The position numbers were made by a program, and so were the translations under genes. The notes under the pieces were generated by a model, which was given only the letters and a program-made list of their open reading frames with translations, was not told the origin of the DNA and ran no database searches. This document shows, in pieces, positions 25,401 to 39,556 of a stretch of DNA of 64,000 bases (its first letter is position 1; the number at the start of each line of letters is the position of its first letter). This DNA is from Thalia democratica (taxonomy: Eukaryota): positions 98,394,001 through 98,458,000 of the forward strand of contig OZ241826.1 in the NCBI GenBank assembly GCA_965202585.1. Direction: 5' to 3'.

Positions 25401-27374
25401 GCTTGATTAAAAAATAATAACTTATTCTCGCGAATGTTTTTTAAAATGAACAACACATTGTATCTTTTAGAGAAAATACTTATATCTTATGTAATTTGAC
25501 TAATTTAAACTACACGCGCTGTTCAGTTATCATAGTTTCGGTTCAAACAGCATACAAATTTAATTTGAGTTTAGAATAAAAATATTATATCTACTTAAGA
25601 AGAATATTTTTTTTATTAGCTTTCAGCTTAAAACTATTAGTTTTAACATTAAACGTTTTTATTTTGAAACTCTTATAATTTTAATTTACTAGATTTTTAG
25701 GATACAAACTAAAATAAAATCTGTTTCCATTAAAATTCCATTTTTCAGCTGATTAAAATTTTAGATAAACAGGTTGTGTAACTTTAAACTAAGAAAAAAA
25801 AAGTTTAATGTAATAACTTTTAAACTAGGTTATATGATCACTAAATTGTATAAAAACTTTAAGCAAATTTGCTCGTAAATATATACAAGTTAGAAATTAT
25901 TTTAGAATCCAAGTTGTTTTGTTTTATAAAATTTTTATTATGCGAATCCTTCTGAAAATAATTTAAGAAGAACTGTATAGAAATTAAATATAGTTTTATA
26001 CAAATTCTAAAAATCACGTTGATACCGGTTTTTTTTTTCTTTGTAAATTTACTTGTAAAAATAAAGTAAAAGTGATTTTAAACAACTATATTTATTAAGT
26101 TCGTCTAACAAGCTAAATTTGTTTTTAAACTTAAAGTAACTAGTTAGATTTGTTCTATAAAGCTCATTAGAAGAATTATAATATTCTGTTGTTGAGTACA
26201 TTTACGCCGTGTGATATTAAAAACTATTTATTATAATAAAAATAGATAATAGACAGTAATACAATTTACAAATCAGTTTAGAACTCAATCTTATATGTTT
26301 GTAATAAATTCGATCAATGGACAAATTTTTATAATTTCAGTTTATTTACATGTGTTAACTAAATTAATTTGGTTGAGAAGTTTAAAAAAATCATAGTATT
26401 TTATTAAAATTAGTATAAAAACTATAAGTAATATAATTAATTTGGTATTTTTTTAATCGGGGCTGATATAAACTGCCTTTTTAAAGTTTGTAAATCTCTT
26501 AGAAAAAAAAAGTTAAGTTTAAGATTATTTATTTTAATTAGTATCTCTATACAGATTTAATTATTTTACTTGTATATTTAGTTCTGTATTTGCAAATTTA
26601 ACAATTGATAAAAAATGTCACTTAAGATTGTGAATATCAATATTACAGCTATAGATAGATTGAGTAAAAATTATAATTAACTTATAATTTGTGAAAGTCT
26701 TTGAAAAAAGCAAACAATTTTATTAAAAATATTTATAGCATAGTATATTTGTTATTGATGTTATTTAACTTAATTAGTAATGCTTTAAAAATATAAATCA
26801 TTCATAAAAAAAAAAAGTTTATGCAGATTTCTGCATGTCTTTTTGGCGTGATATTATTCATTACAAAACTTTAATTAAGTTTTACTTGTTTGTATTTTTT
26901 TAGTTAATTAGAGCATATTTAAATCTAAACATTCTGCATCATTCTACATCAGATTTTCAAATAAACAAGTCAAGATGATGCACTATTTAAATTTACTTAT
27001 TGTAATAGTATTAAAGTAACAATCTGCTTAAATTACCACTAGTTCATAACAAATATAAATATAAATCACAAAACCAAGTTATATTTTCTAAAATACAGAA
27101 TTGAGATATGGAATATGTTTAAGTTCTTTTAAAGCTATTTAGCATGAATTTTTAATTTATACATTTTTAATTCTTCAAGTTTTTTGTTTTATAGTTCATT
27201 AAAATCTAGCCATGTAATATCAACTACATAAACACAATGAAACAGTAAAATTAACATTTATCTATAATTAATGCTGCTCAGTCTATTAGTGAGACTAACT
27301 ATTATAAATCAATTACGACATAAAACTTGAACAAAATTTGTTCTAGGTATTTTAATTTGTTATAAACGCTGACA

Positions 27375-30300
27375 ATGGACTCACAAAACATAAACAGTGA
27401 AACTCCTGCTGTTCCATCAGTAGAAAACAGTACTCTACAAACTCCAAACAAAAAATCCTTCGAAAAAGTTATTACTTCGGCACCTGCTAAAAGAAATCCT
27501 TCAGCCACAAACCGACTGAACTTGAAGCAAAGTAAGCCAAGTGCTCCTTACAACCCAAATCATACAACTTCACAGCTGGGGTCTCCTTTAATTCCTAATA
27601 AAAATTGTCAAATGCAGCACTACTACAACTTTGAAAAGGGCACATAAGTATATCCAGTATCCAACAACTACGCAATTTGCTGACCAACGCGGATCGATAA
27701 GCCGATATTCAGTTCACCCACAACGAAGTATTATAAACACTGAAGTGCAAAGCGCCATGAATTTTCCAACAAACAGTATGTGAAAAATATTAACAGAGTG
27801 TGAAAATTTTTAGTATTTAAGTCTAAATTACTTCTTTTTTGTAAGTTTGTCAAAAGTTTACTAAAGATTACTTAGCAATAGTATTTGATAAATGAATATT
27901 TTTCACTTTTTTAATACATGTCTAGTATTTTCATTTACTTATATTATATCAGATAGATATCTGAACAACAGACAAGCAAGCACTCTAAGTGGAGGAAAAG
28001 CAAGGAGGTAAGATAGTTGCATAAATAATAAATTGTAATAAAATTATTTAAAGCTAATAATGAATAATTATAGGCCACGAACAAGTTACACTTCAGAACA
28101 AAAGAAAGTTTTAGAGTATTTTTACCGCAATGTAACTACAAAACCAAGTTATGAGCAAAAAGTGAAGTTAGGACGGCAACTAGGCAAAGAATTTGATGTT
28201 ATCAGCGTAAGAACAAATGTTTTGTTTCAATACTTAAACCTATAAGCTTTTAATTCAAACTGCCTTCCTGAAACTTAAAATTTACTTTTTTTTGAGAGTT
28301 TTATTTTTTATTTTTTGAATTATTAGTCGTTTGATAATTATAGCTTTTTAAAAGTTGAAAAGTAAAAAAAGAAATTTATTCAATAAAAATTAATAAATAA
28401 ATTAGTAATTAGTGTTATACAAAATCTAATACAAACTAATACTAGTATGTCTGTTAAATTTTCAGGATTTTCCAACACATCATCAAATGTTAGATTAGAT
28501 TTATCATAACAACTTTTTTATACGTTACAGTGCTACTGTTATGAGATTATTAAGGTACGCACTTTGAACCAAGGCAAAAGTGCATAACTTAAAAAATTTA
28601 CAGTTTAAAGTTAATTTTTCAAATTTCACACGGAGTAATATCTTATATTTACATACTTTTTATAAAAAAATGTTTTCTTTGTAAAATTTATTCTTCAGTT
28701 AAAATATTTTCTTCAAAAGTTTGTTGAACTATTCATTATAAAACTTTGTTTTAAGTTTTTTGTAAAATTGTTAATCAAAAATTTCTTGATACTTAGTCCC
28801 TAACTTGTATGGGTGCGTAAAACTTAAAATGCGTACCTTAACGATGTTTATACTGAACATACAAATGTCTCTATTGTAGAATAAAGTCTTACTCAAGTCA
28901 GCACATTGAAAAACCCTTAGCTCAAATTAAGTAAAGATAAATTTTTAAACAATTTTGTAGTCTATAATAATTACATAAGTTAATTTTAGATCTGGTTTTA
29001 TAACCATAAAGCAAATGAAAAGAAGATGGAAAACTCTAATCAGAACAAGCAGCCAAGTGCGTACGAAATGAAGAAGAGCGAAGGTGTTTTTTTACTTGCA
29101 ACTGTTGCGATTATATTTAGTATTTAAATCTTAATTATTTCTTTTTGTAAGTGTGTAGAAAATTAAGTAAAGATTACTTAGCAACAGTATTTAATTTGTA
29201 GATATATTTTGTTGTTTCTAATACATGTCTAGTACTTTCAAATACTTATATTATTTAAGATGGAAATTCGAACAATAGACAAGCAAACACTCTCAGTGGA
29301 GGAAAAGCAAGAAAGTAAGACAAATGTTTTGAAATAAATTTAAATTACTTGCTAATGATAAATAAAATTAATAAAGATCACGAACTGTTTATACTGAAAA
29401 CGAAAGAAAAATTTTAGAGGATTTTTACCGCAATGTAACTACATTACCAAGTTATGAGCAAAAAAAGCAGCTAGGACAGCAACTAGGCAAAGGAGTTGAT
29501 GTTATCAAAGTTAGATCAAATGTTTTTTTTTTCAATGCTTAAGCTTTACTTAAACTGCTTTCCTAAAAATTAAAAGTTTACTTATTTTTGAGAGTTTTTT
29601 TTTTGAATTAATAATTTATTGATAATAAAACTTTTTAAGTGTTTACAACTGAAAAATAAATTAAGTTTTAATAAAAAACAAATAAATCTCTAAATTAGTA
29701 ATGAATGTTATATGAAATATAATTATATGATTAGATTTGTCATAACAATTATTTATAAATTACAGTGCTACAATTATGTGATCATTTAAGTAGGCACTTT
29801 AAACAAAGGCAAAACAGTAAAACTTATTTAAAATTTTACAGTTTTATATCAATTATACAAATTTAACACAGACTAATATTTTATATTTATTTATTTTCTA
29901 TAAAATTTTTTTTTTTATAAATTTTATTCTACAGTTGAAATGTTTTTTTCAAAAATTTGTTGATTCATTTTATAATTTTGTTTTAAGTTTGATTTTTAAA
30001 GTTGTTGATCAAACATTTTTTATACTTAAACCCTAACTTGCATAGGGCGTACATCTTATTCGTATTTCAACGATGTTTCTTCTGAACTTACAATTGTTTC
30101 TTTGTGCAGAATAAGTTCTTTCTCAAGTCAGCTCGTTTAAAAACGAACCCTTAAATGAAACTAAATAGTGATAAAAACGTTCAAAATAACTTTGTAGTAC
30201 AGAATTATTACTTTAAGTTTATTTCAGACCTGGTTTCTTAACCAAAGAAATAAAGAAAAGAAGATGAGAAACAACAAACAAACCGAACAGCTATGTGCTT

Positions 30301-31835
30301 ACGAAACGATGAAGAACGAAGGTATTTTTATTTTACATTACTGTAATTAATTATTTTTCCTTAGTTGCTTGCAAGCACAAATACATGGTTTAATTAAAAA
30401 CTATGTTGACATATAAGATTGAGTCTAGAGGCTAAGCGGTTATATGTATACTTAGTTTTTTAGTTAACTTGTTAGAATTTATGTTAAGTTTTGTTCACTT
30501 TTGATGTTTGTGGTTGTATGACTTACTGGTTGTTCAATTACAATTCTGATGTAAAAATAATTAAAGTTGTTGTAATTTTATTTAAAACATATAACATTTT
30601 TTATTTGTAAGATAAGCTTTGATTAGTAAGAAAACTTTTTTGTAGAGAATTTTATCGAATTTAAATAATATGTGAGAGTTTTTAAAGTCTTTGAAAATCA
30701 AAGTAGGTTTTTTCTATATATAAAACTGGATTAATTGTGTATATAGCAGAAAGTATCAAAAAAAAAAGTTATTACCTCTAGTTGCTAGAAAAAAAATGGC
30801 TAAAGGGGCTTAGGTTATAATTTTTATACTTTAGATATGAATCCAAAATCGAAGATGGAAAGAAACGAACAACCAAAAAGACTTCCTACACAATCTAACC
30901 CAACTCCTCAAACTCGTACTATACAGACTAGCCAAACTACCCCTCGATTTCCTAGTTAGTATTTATTAGTTGTTTTACAGTTTAGATTAAATCAGTGTTA
31001 CACTGTCTTTAATCTATTAGTATTTATTATGTATAATTTAGAATACTAAAATAAGTAACAGTACAACTTTAAGAAGTTTTGATTTATTGTTAAAAACAGC
31101 ACTTAGCGGTCATATTTAAAGGATAAAACAAATAATATTCAATATCCATGTTTGTAAAACTAAGACTTGTTATTATTGTTTCAAACATTCACATGTTGTA
31201 CGTTTGATTTTTACTTAGTCAGTCTGACCAGCTGTTACGTCAAAAACATTTGCTTTGATATAAACTAAACTTAAATAAACACTTATAAGTTTTCTAACGC
31301 TTGTACACTATATACTCTAATTTTTTAGTAGTCAAAAGTAATAACTGTTTTTACTTGTAAAATTGGAAGCAGTTTTTTACTCACCTAGATGAAATTTTTA
31401 GCAGCATACGTAAAATAGCTTTATGGTTAAAAGCAATTTTCAAAAATATCTTTGTTTAAAATATTGATACCAATTTAAACATGTATAAATACTAAAACAG
31501 TTAACTTTTGTCAACTACAATACGATTGGGGATTTTATCACTACCTCAACTTTTTGGTTCAAAATCAATTTCAAATACCTCCTTGCGGTACTACTCAATG
31601 GTAAGTGTTAGTTAGAAACATATGCATTAACATTAAAAAAAAATTTCATAAATGCGTTGCTTATCTTAGCTCATTTAGTTTCTTCTTAGCGAGATCAAAT
31701 AATTATGCCATTTTTATTACTTTCAGCTGTGCAGCTTGCCCAAGGAAAATAATGAACTTGCAGTTGCAGTTACATTCAGCAATGCTTCAAAACCTCACCT
31801 CTTCGCAAACTCAACCACCTCCTGACTCACAATAA
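27375..31835 (+). CDS. Multi-exon double-homeodomain protein (two divergent PRD-class-like homeoboxes)
   Basis: GT-AG exons splice in frame: ..27775 | 27953-28007 | 28074-28206 | 28990-29083 | 29260-29314 | 29377-29509 | 30228-30321 | 30835-30954 (or stop at 30959) | possible last exon 31735-31835. HD1 is ARRPRTSYTSEQKKVLEYFYRNVTTKPSYEQKVKLGRQLGKEFDVIS^IWFYNHKANEKK. HD2 is ARKSRTVYTENERKILEDFYRNVTTLPSYEQKKQLGQQLGKGVDVIK^TWFLNQRNKEKK. Both have a phase-0 intron between HD positions 46 and 47, typical of the PRD class. The 5' end is uncertain: ATG 27375 needs a one-base frameshift near 27590-27645, or the start is the in-frame ATG at 27757. The 3' end is also uncertain. Confidence 0.85.
27800..30330 (+). 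repeat. Intragenic tandem duplication of a three-exon unit (period about 1.24-1.31 kb), introns included
   Basis: Paired exons have identical lengths (55/55, 133/133, 94/94 nt) and phases. The introns are also alignable (e.g. taaagattacttagcaa.agtattt and taatacatgtctagta.tttca at about 27860-27950 and 29170-29258). Confidence 0.9.
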
Positions 31836-34800
31836 GGATGAATTACAGTTTTAGTTTTCTTATCGTGGACAAAATCTTAAACTGTATCCATTGAGTATAA
31901 ATCGATAACCGTAAAGTTTCTTTTTTTGTACGTCAAATTGACTTTTCAAACATTTTTTTATGTTTTTGTTCAATAAACAGTATATAGATTATATGCTTCT
32001 TCATTTAGGTTTTGTACTGTGTTTATATTAGGTTTATGCAACTTAAAAACACTTTTTCGAATACAGTGATAAAATATAAAGTATAAAAATAAAATTAAAA
32101 TAAATTGGTTAAACTAAATTTAATTTCTATTTATATTAATACCTTACTGCAATTAAATATGTATACGAGTTTTTGTCGATAAGTAAAATCTTAGAATAAG
32201 TTCATAGAAGAAAAAACTGTTCCTTGAAAAAAAAAAAAATGTTGAAAAAGAGGTTGAAAAAAGGCAGATGCGTTCAGATATTAAAATATACTAAACAACC
32301 AATTTTAAAATTCTATCACATAGTAAAAATTTTTTGCTAAAGTTTTTTGCATACGAACTAAAGCTAATAATATTTAGTACTTTTTCCGGCTATGATAACT
32401 TATATGCTATATAAAAGTGCTTGCATCTAGAGAAATGAAATTATTTATAAAAACGTGTTATATGTATGTGAGATATTCATCAAAAGGTCAAAACGAAAAC
32501 TGATAAATCCTTACTAGCTTTCGTTTTATTGATGTCTTTTACGCAGAGGTGCAGGCTAGCTAATGTTAATATACTAACTGAATACTTGAAAGTGTTTAAC
32601 ATAAAATGTTTTGTTCGTAAGAATTATCTGATTAAAATCTGGTTACTATGTTGTTACAAGTACAAGACATCAGCTTGATTTTATGAAGAAATTTAGAATT
32701 AAGATACTGTTAATTACTAAATATAAATAAAATATTTTCTATTTTCAGCAATAAATAACGTCTTTTCACCTTTATACAGAATAACAACTTGACAATAAAA
32801 TTAAACTACACTAAGCATGTGTGTAAAATATATGAAAGAGCGAAATAATAAACCTAGGAAAAGAGTATTTTATTAATTTTCTAAAGTTTTAGTATTGAAG
32901 ACATCATTACAAAAAATTATTCTGCTATCAACATCAACTGACCAAACTTGAACATCTTTTTATTAAACATTAATAGCAAGTAACACTTATGCAACAAGAT
33001 AGTTTAAAAAATTAAATTCGAATTGGTTTACAAATGCTTTATCGATAAAATAGTCTGGCTTAGGCTCTGTACACATTCCTCATCTTTTAATAATTTATAA
33101 CCGACATAAAAACAAGACGGATAAGTACAATAATTTAGGCAATTTAGATAATAAAGTGTTTACAAAAGTCGTTTAATAAAAAGTATTGTACGAAAAATAT
33201 TTTGTTTTATTAATTATCTTAACAAGTTTTCAACCAAAAAAAGGTTCAAAAGTTTTTTGACCAAAACCAATGTTTACATTTATGAGATAATTTTTTGCTA
33301 GAAGTCGGAAGGTGTAGAATTTTGATTCTTTGAAAACCCGATCACTTGAATAAACAGTAAAACTGTTTTTTTTTAATTGCATTAATAAATTTTAATATGT
33401 TTTTTTCTTTTTTTTTTTTTAATATTTACTTTTTGAAATTAACAAATTTAAAATTATTAGAATAAAGTTAACAAATGATGGCCTTTATTTAGTTTTGTAT
33501 AGAAAAAAAGTTGTTATCTATTAAAAAACAGCCAAAATACATTTAATTTTAAACGTTTTGAGAACCATATCTAAAAATAAAACTTATATAAGAAATTAAT
33601 CACTAGCTCCTATTTTTAAGTACAATGATTATTATATTTGATGATACTACTGTATATAATTAATGCAAGCATTCTACAGCTATTAAAATAATACAGTATA
33701 AGTCATAAAGTCAAAATAAAAGAAAAACTTTGAAAAAAAAACTACCTAATTTTAAATTTGCTTATCTTAAGATGCTTTATAATTCATTAAAATTAGAAAT
33801 AACTTAAAAAAAACTGTTCCTGACGTTAACTAGTCGTAGAAATTACATTAAACTGTATCTGTGGAGCATGACTCAATAACCTCATGTTTTCTTGTACACC
33901 AGTTCTTTAGACTAAAATTTTTGAAAGTATTTCTATCGTTCATTGAACTTGTATCCAAGTAAAGATTAAACTTTTAATAAATCTTTAAGGTTGGCTTTAA
34001 GTTGAACTTTGATTGAAACCGTGAACAAAACAAAAATATTTTTAATAATTCAAGCTGATCGATAAATTATAATAGTGGTGGTTTGTTTAGATTAATGAAA
34101 TATAATGAGAGTTTTGTGCATAATATAACTAAACAAGGTATATTTCATCCTCTTTGAATAATTGTGATTTTTCTTACCACCTTGTAGCGCAATAAAACTT
34201 TTTCTTGTTTCATATGAAACGTAGTTACGACAAAGCTAAAATAAAAAATTGTAAACAATTAAATACAAATATGCTAAATATTTGAGACAGCTAAAGTAAG
34301 TATAATAATTATGTAGGTATTTTTAAATGTCCTAGTGTTAAAAATAGTTTATAGATTAAAAAAAAGTAAAAGTAAATGCACTTAAAACTTAAATAATATT
34401 TAAAAATAAACTATCAGTTTTAGACAATACTAATTTGAAATACTTCAGAACAGTAACAACTGTAAAACTAGTTATATAAAATTTGTTATATAGAATGTAT
34501 AATTATCAATACATACTGTTATAACATTAAAGTAAATATATAGAGATAAGAGCTTTTAAAAATTTGTTTAAAAATAATTCAGACTTTATTATAAAATTGA
34601 CATCTTTACAGTCAAATAAAACAGTGTTGTAAAATTAAAAGATCATAAAATAGATTAAAGTTTAACATGATACTTAGACTATCATTATTAAAAATGGTTT
34701 TAATAAACTAAACTTTTCAATTTTCATATAATAAAAACTTAAAAGTACATACTCAACTTATCTACATACAAAAAAAGAATTATACGACACTTTAAACAAG

Positions 34801-37800
34801 TTTATTTAAGCACAAATGATTTTGATCTGTGTGTTTGGACTTCATTTTTCCACGTTTTTAGTTCTCTCCTGCGTCGTCTGTTTTTGTAGTGCTAATATAA
34901 AGATAAAAGAATATCTTTTAATTTTGTTGAAAAAAATGTTTTTTTGATTGCCTCATTTTGCAATTTGCTGGATCAACATGTTAAATTTGATGTATGTTAC
35001 TCAAATGAGCATCGGATAAATCAAGATACCATTATCAAATATCTTATATTAAATACACTACTGTAACTATTACTATGAGTACGTTTCGTTTGTTTATAGC
35101 TAAAAGTTTTAAATAGTTAAATATCGAATTACCGGTTTGTTAATTTGCAATTTAACAAGTTTGATATAAGACTTTTTTTTAATTATTTTAACAAAATTAT
35201 TAGTTTGTGCTTTGTTTATAACTTGTATCAATTCTTTCAAAATTTTGTTTCGGCGAGACCTTGATCTAAGCATAATTTATTTTCTAGTTTTCTTCACTAG
35301 TTTTTTAGTTCTTATTCAAAACAAAAATATATTTTTTATTTTGATTAATCACGAAATATTTTTGGGATTAATTCTTTTAAAAACTATGCAGAAAAATCGT
35401 ATTGAATAGTTTCACGGTTAATTTTTTAACAGCTTTTAAACATCATTTATGGTATTAGTTTATTTAAATTAGTCTGTCGACTTTATTTGTTACGACAATC
35501 TTTCAAACAAAACAGCGTCTTTTTAATCGTTACTGATTTGGTTTTTCAAAATTAAGTTGTTAAACACAACCGTTTGTTTATGGTTAAAAACTGGAAACTT
35601 TACCTGATTTAAAAAAAATCTTTTTATCGACTTGTCTTTTTTTCTCCTCTTCATGACTAATTGTATAAATTATTTGCTTGATTAACTTTGTTCTATGAAT
35701 TTTTTACAAAGGTTTTATGGATGAAAGAATGAAACAAAAAGTTTAATTTACTTTGTACGAATTTACTAACATTTTTAAAACAGTTACATATATAAATCCA
35801 TAATACACGTTGGGCTGAAAAGGGTGGTCAAGCAGAAATGGACTGAAAATTAACAGTTCAAAAGAAAATAAAACGAGTTGTTTTACATTTTCGGATAGAA
35901 CTTGATTCATTTCAAAACTGATTTTGGTTCTACATTGCATCAAGTGTAACGGAAGTTATCTGAGTTCAAATACATAAATGTTAAGATTTTTATGTTCAAA
36001 ACTTACAATAAACTCTTCTAAATTTTGTCAAAAAGTGACTCACAAATGTATAGGTAATACAAAGTTAAAACTTATTGTTTTACCATTTTTATTAAGTATG
36101 GTATTCATTGAAAATAAGGATTAGTCATTGTAAAATTTTAGTTTCTAAACTGTTTTTTTTTTGCTTTTAATAATTACTATTTTTTCTTTTTCCAATACAA
36201 CAAATATTCTTTAAAATAAACCTCAGAAAAAGTTTAGTCCCTAACTCAAAGTTTCAAAATACAAAACTTTCTATTAGATTTAATCAAGTCAGAAAAAAAT
36301 CATATTCATTTAGTGATTTTAGAGTTATTTGTTAATTGTTAAAAAGTTGTTTTAATTACAGCGCTCAAATTTGAATTAAAAGAAAACTATTTCATATCAT
36401 GCAAAAAAGATGAAACAACAACTAAACTTATATATTTCAGGAGTTTTTAACTATGGGACAGAATGCAGGCAACCGGCCATTGACATATAATTGCCACAAA
36501 AAGCTCCAACTAAAAGTTACACTTAGTCTCACTAATCGAATAGAGTCTTATAAGGTTTGTTTTAGACAAAACAAAAATAAAGTTTTGATTTTAAATGAAG
36601 CTTAAGAATTCGAATTAGGAAAAATCAATCAGCTACCTCATGAGTACTGACATTTACAACCAAAAATATTATAAGCTTAAAAATAAATTATGTTCCTAAC
36701 ACGATACACAAATGTTAAATGATTCCTTTTCATGGCTAATTTAGAAAGATTCAAAGTTTTCTGTGACAGGGGTTTTAAGAAATTTAACTTTTAAAAACAC
36801 CAGATATTGCCCAAAAACACAAATAAATTTTCGTAAAAGTTGTTTTTAATGATGAATAATGTACTTTTTTTTGTTATAAAAGGATTTTTGACTTTTTTAA
36901 ATAAAGTCTGAACCAGGGAAAATAAAAATAAAAATAAGGTATTTTAATAAAACTTTTTAGGTAACTTTTTGCATGAGTTCTAAGATTTTTTGAAATATTT
37001 TTAAACTTCAAAATCGAAAAAAAAATGCTTCATAAACTTTAAGCTTCATACCAGAATGCAGATTTCTTGCCTAGTAGACAGTGTATTAAACGTTGCACAG
37101 CAAAAGACAATGCTGACGTCACTGATCAATGCCAATGACGATCTACCGAACCTTGAGGTCTGATATCAAATTGATATTATCAACCCTTTTGTTGAAAATG
37201 TATAGCTTATACTTACATTTTCAAGCTGAAAGAGTTAACTTTTCAACTAAAGTTTTAAAGCTAATATTGAAAAAATAGAAATACTAACACTTTATTTTAA
37301 ATCTTAAACACAAAAAATGATAAAGTAGCGTTTATAATCATTACAAGTAAAAATTACGTTCGAAAATAAAATGTTTTGCTTAAAGTGTAGTTTACCTGAT
37401 GTAGTTAAAACTATCATTTCAAACAAAAGTTTTGTGTTTTTATAACCTAACTAGTTACACTACAAGACATGTTGTTTATAACAGAGCAAAAAATAAATTT
37501 TATAGGTAAAAAAAACGATTATGGAATGACAGTTTAAGCACTTACCTACATTCCTAATTTTTTCTAAGTTTATTTTTTGTGTATTTTATTTACTTACGCT
37601 TTAAGATATTTGTGACATATATTTCATTTTGTTTTATATGAAATAGTTATGAAAAAATAATAGTTTGTTTACAAATTGACTAACGTGATCTTATACTTTA
37701 AATAGTTACTCAGATATTATCAATGTTTGTTTCTTTTACCCATCTATTTTCGAAGGTTGCTTTGAATTAGTGTTGAAATAAAAAAAAAGCAGTTTTTGAA

Positions 37801-39556
37801 TGCTAACACTTCTAACTGTGAGTCTTTGTAGCCTCAAAGCTAACCGTTTTTTCGTAGAATCTAATATACTCATTCTAAACGCCTTTTTCAACCCAATTTA
37901 CTTTACTACTTTCTTGCGTACGAAATATATGATAACAAAAATTCTCTGTTTGTATTGTGGCAGTTGAGATGGTTATTCAGAAAATCAGCAACCTTAATTT
38001 TTCTGTTCATCATCGACATTCGTTTAAGGTTCCCCGGTGTACTTAAGCAAGAAGTGCTGTAGCCCGAGATGTGTGTCAATTCATTAATTGTTTTTTTTTG
38101 GAGAAAATAGTAGTGTGTCTGGTCTTCTTTTTTGTACCTTTAATACGTATTGTAACCTACAGTCATTGCAAATCTGTTAAATTTTTATCGGCAAAGGATT
38201 TATATTATCTTTTTTTGCGTCACAATCTGAACATTAAAAAATTATATCTGGCTAGTTCAGTAGTTAATTGTTCTAGTCTTATTTGTATATGCAAGCTCGT
38301 AGATCCCGTAGAATCCCGTAGAGAAAGTGAATTTTATTTTTGTAAGGCATATTTTGTTTTGTTTTAGACATATTTTACATAGCGTTTTAGTTCTGAAGAC
38401 TTTAAAACAGCAGCCTAAAAATCAAACCTGCGCAAACTTTTTCAAGCTAACATAGCTTTGTTCTTTTTCTACAAAACACAAAAATAAGCCTTTTTTTTGC
38501 CCTTAGAAGTCCGAATATTTTTTTCCTTGTTGGTCAATGTTTTAGCACAACTCAATCTTAATAAACGTAAATGTTACACTTTATTACTTTATTACAAAAA
38601 TTAAGTAAATTTATTACTTTTAATAAAGTAAACTGAGAATCATATTTTTTAAGTGAAACTACTAAAATTGAAGTTTTATAGATACTTTTATAACTTCTTA
38701 AAAAAAAACATATCTTTTCAAAATTATAATTTTAAAATGTCCTTTAAAGTATGTTTTTTGGAATGAAAATATAATGTATACCAAAAATAAGCGTTTATTT
38801 GTCTAAGTGAAAAATTCAGTAAGAAATTGGCAAAGTCACATATATTTAATTATCAGTTTATTGAGTTAGGTTTTTTTTTTTAAAGTTAACGGTTACTTTT
38901 GTAAGCCTTACTTTTATACAATCTAAAGCTGAACTGTTTTCATGCTTACAACGTTTATGCTGAGTATAATTTTTATGTATAGGTTTCTGGTATTTAAATT
39001 TATAACACTTATGCAATATCGATATTGAATACAGATTGGAAAAAGACAGTTTATTATACGATAAACATCAACAAACTTTAAACTGGAAACTAAAATTTTC
39101 ATGCAGCAACTAAAAATTTTTAACTTATAATAAAGTAAAGTACACAAATAAGTTTCATATTCCCCGTCATTTTTTACAGCGGAACATTCTGTCAATTTAA
39201 AAATGTTAGTTAGTTTGAAGTTGTAAAACAGACATAGTTTTAAGATAAGGTTACTATAAAATTTCTGTATAAGCAGTTTTTTATATGACTAACTACAATT
39301 ACTCTTCTTTTACAACTACTTATTTAATATTATTTGAAAATATAAAAGTATAAAAAGTAAAAAGCTGTTAGGATTAACTTACAATACTAAAAAGGTACAA
39401 GAATAAATATAAATATATTGTATTACAATTAATTGAAATATTTTTAATCATTATGTACTATATCTAGACGAAAATATTAATATCAAGAAAGGTTATTACG
39501 TTTATAAAAATATTTGGCAAACCTTTGAAAATGCAGTCATTTCGAATCCTAAACTC

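Noticed and set aside
36441-38100. Candidate exons on both strands (36441-36554 +, about 37057-37160 +/-, 9-nt microexon 37217-37225 -, about 37910-38090 -)
   Set aside because: Plausible splice sites and open frames exist on opposite strands at once. No consistent model or recognisable protein emerged.
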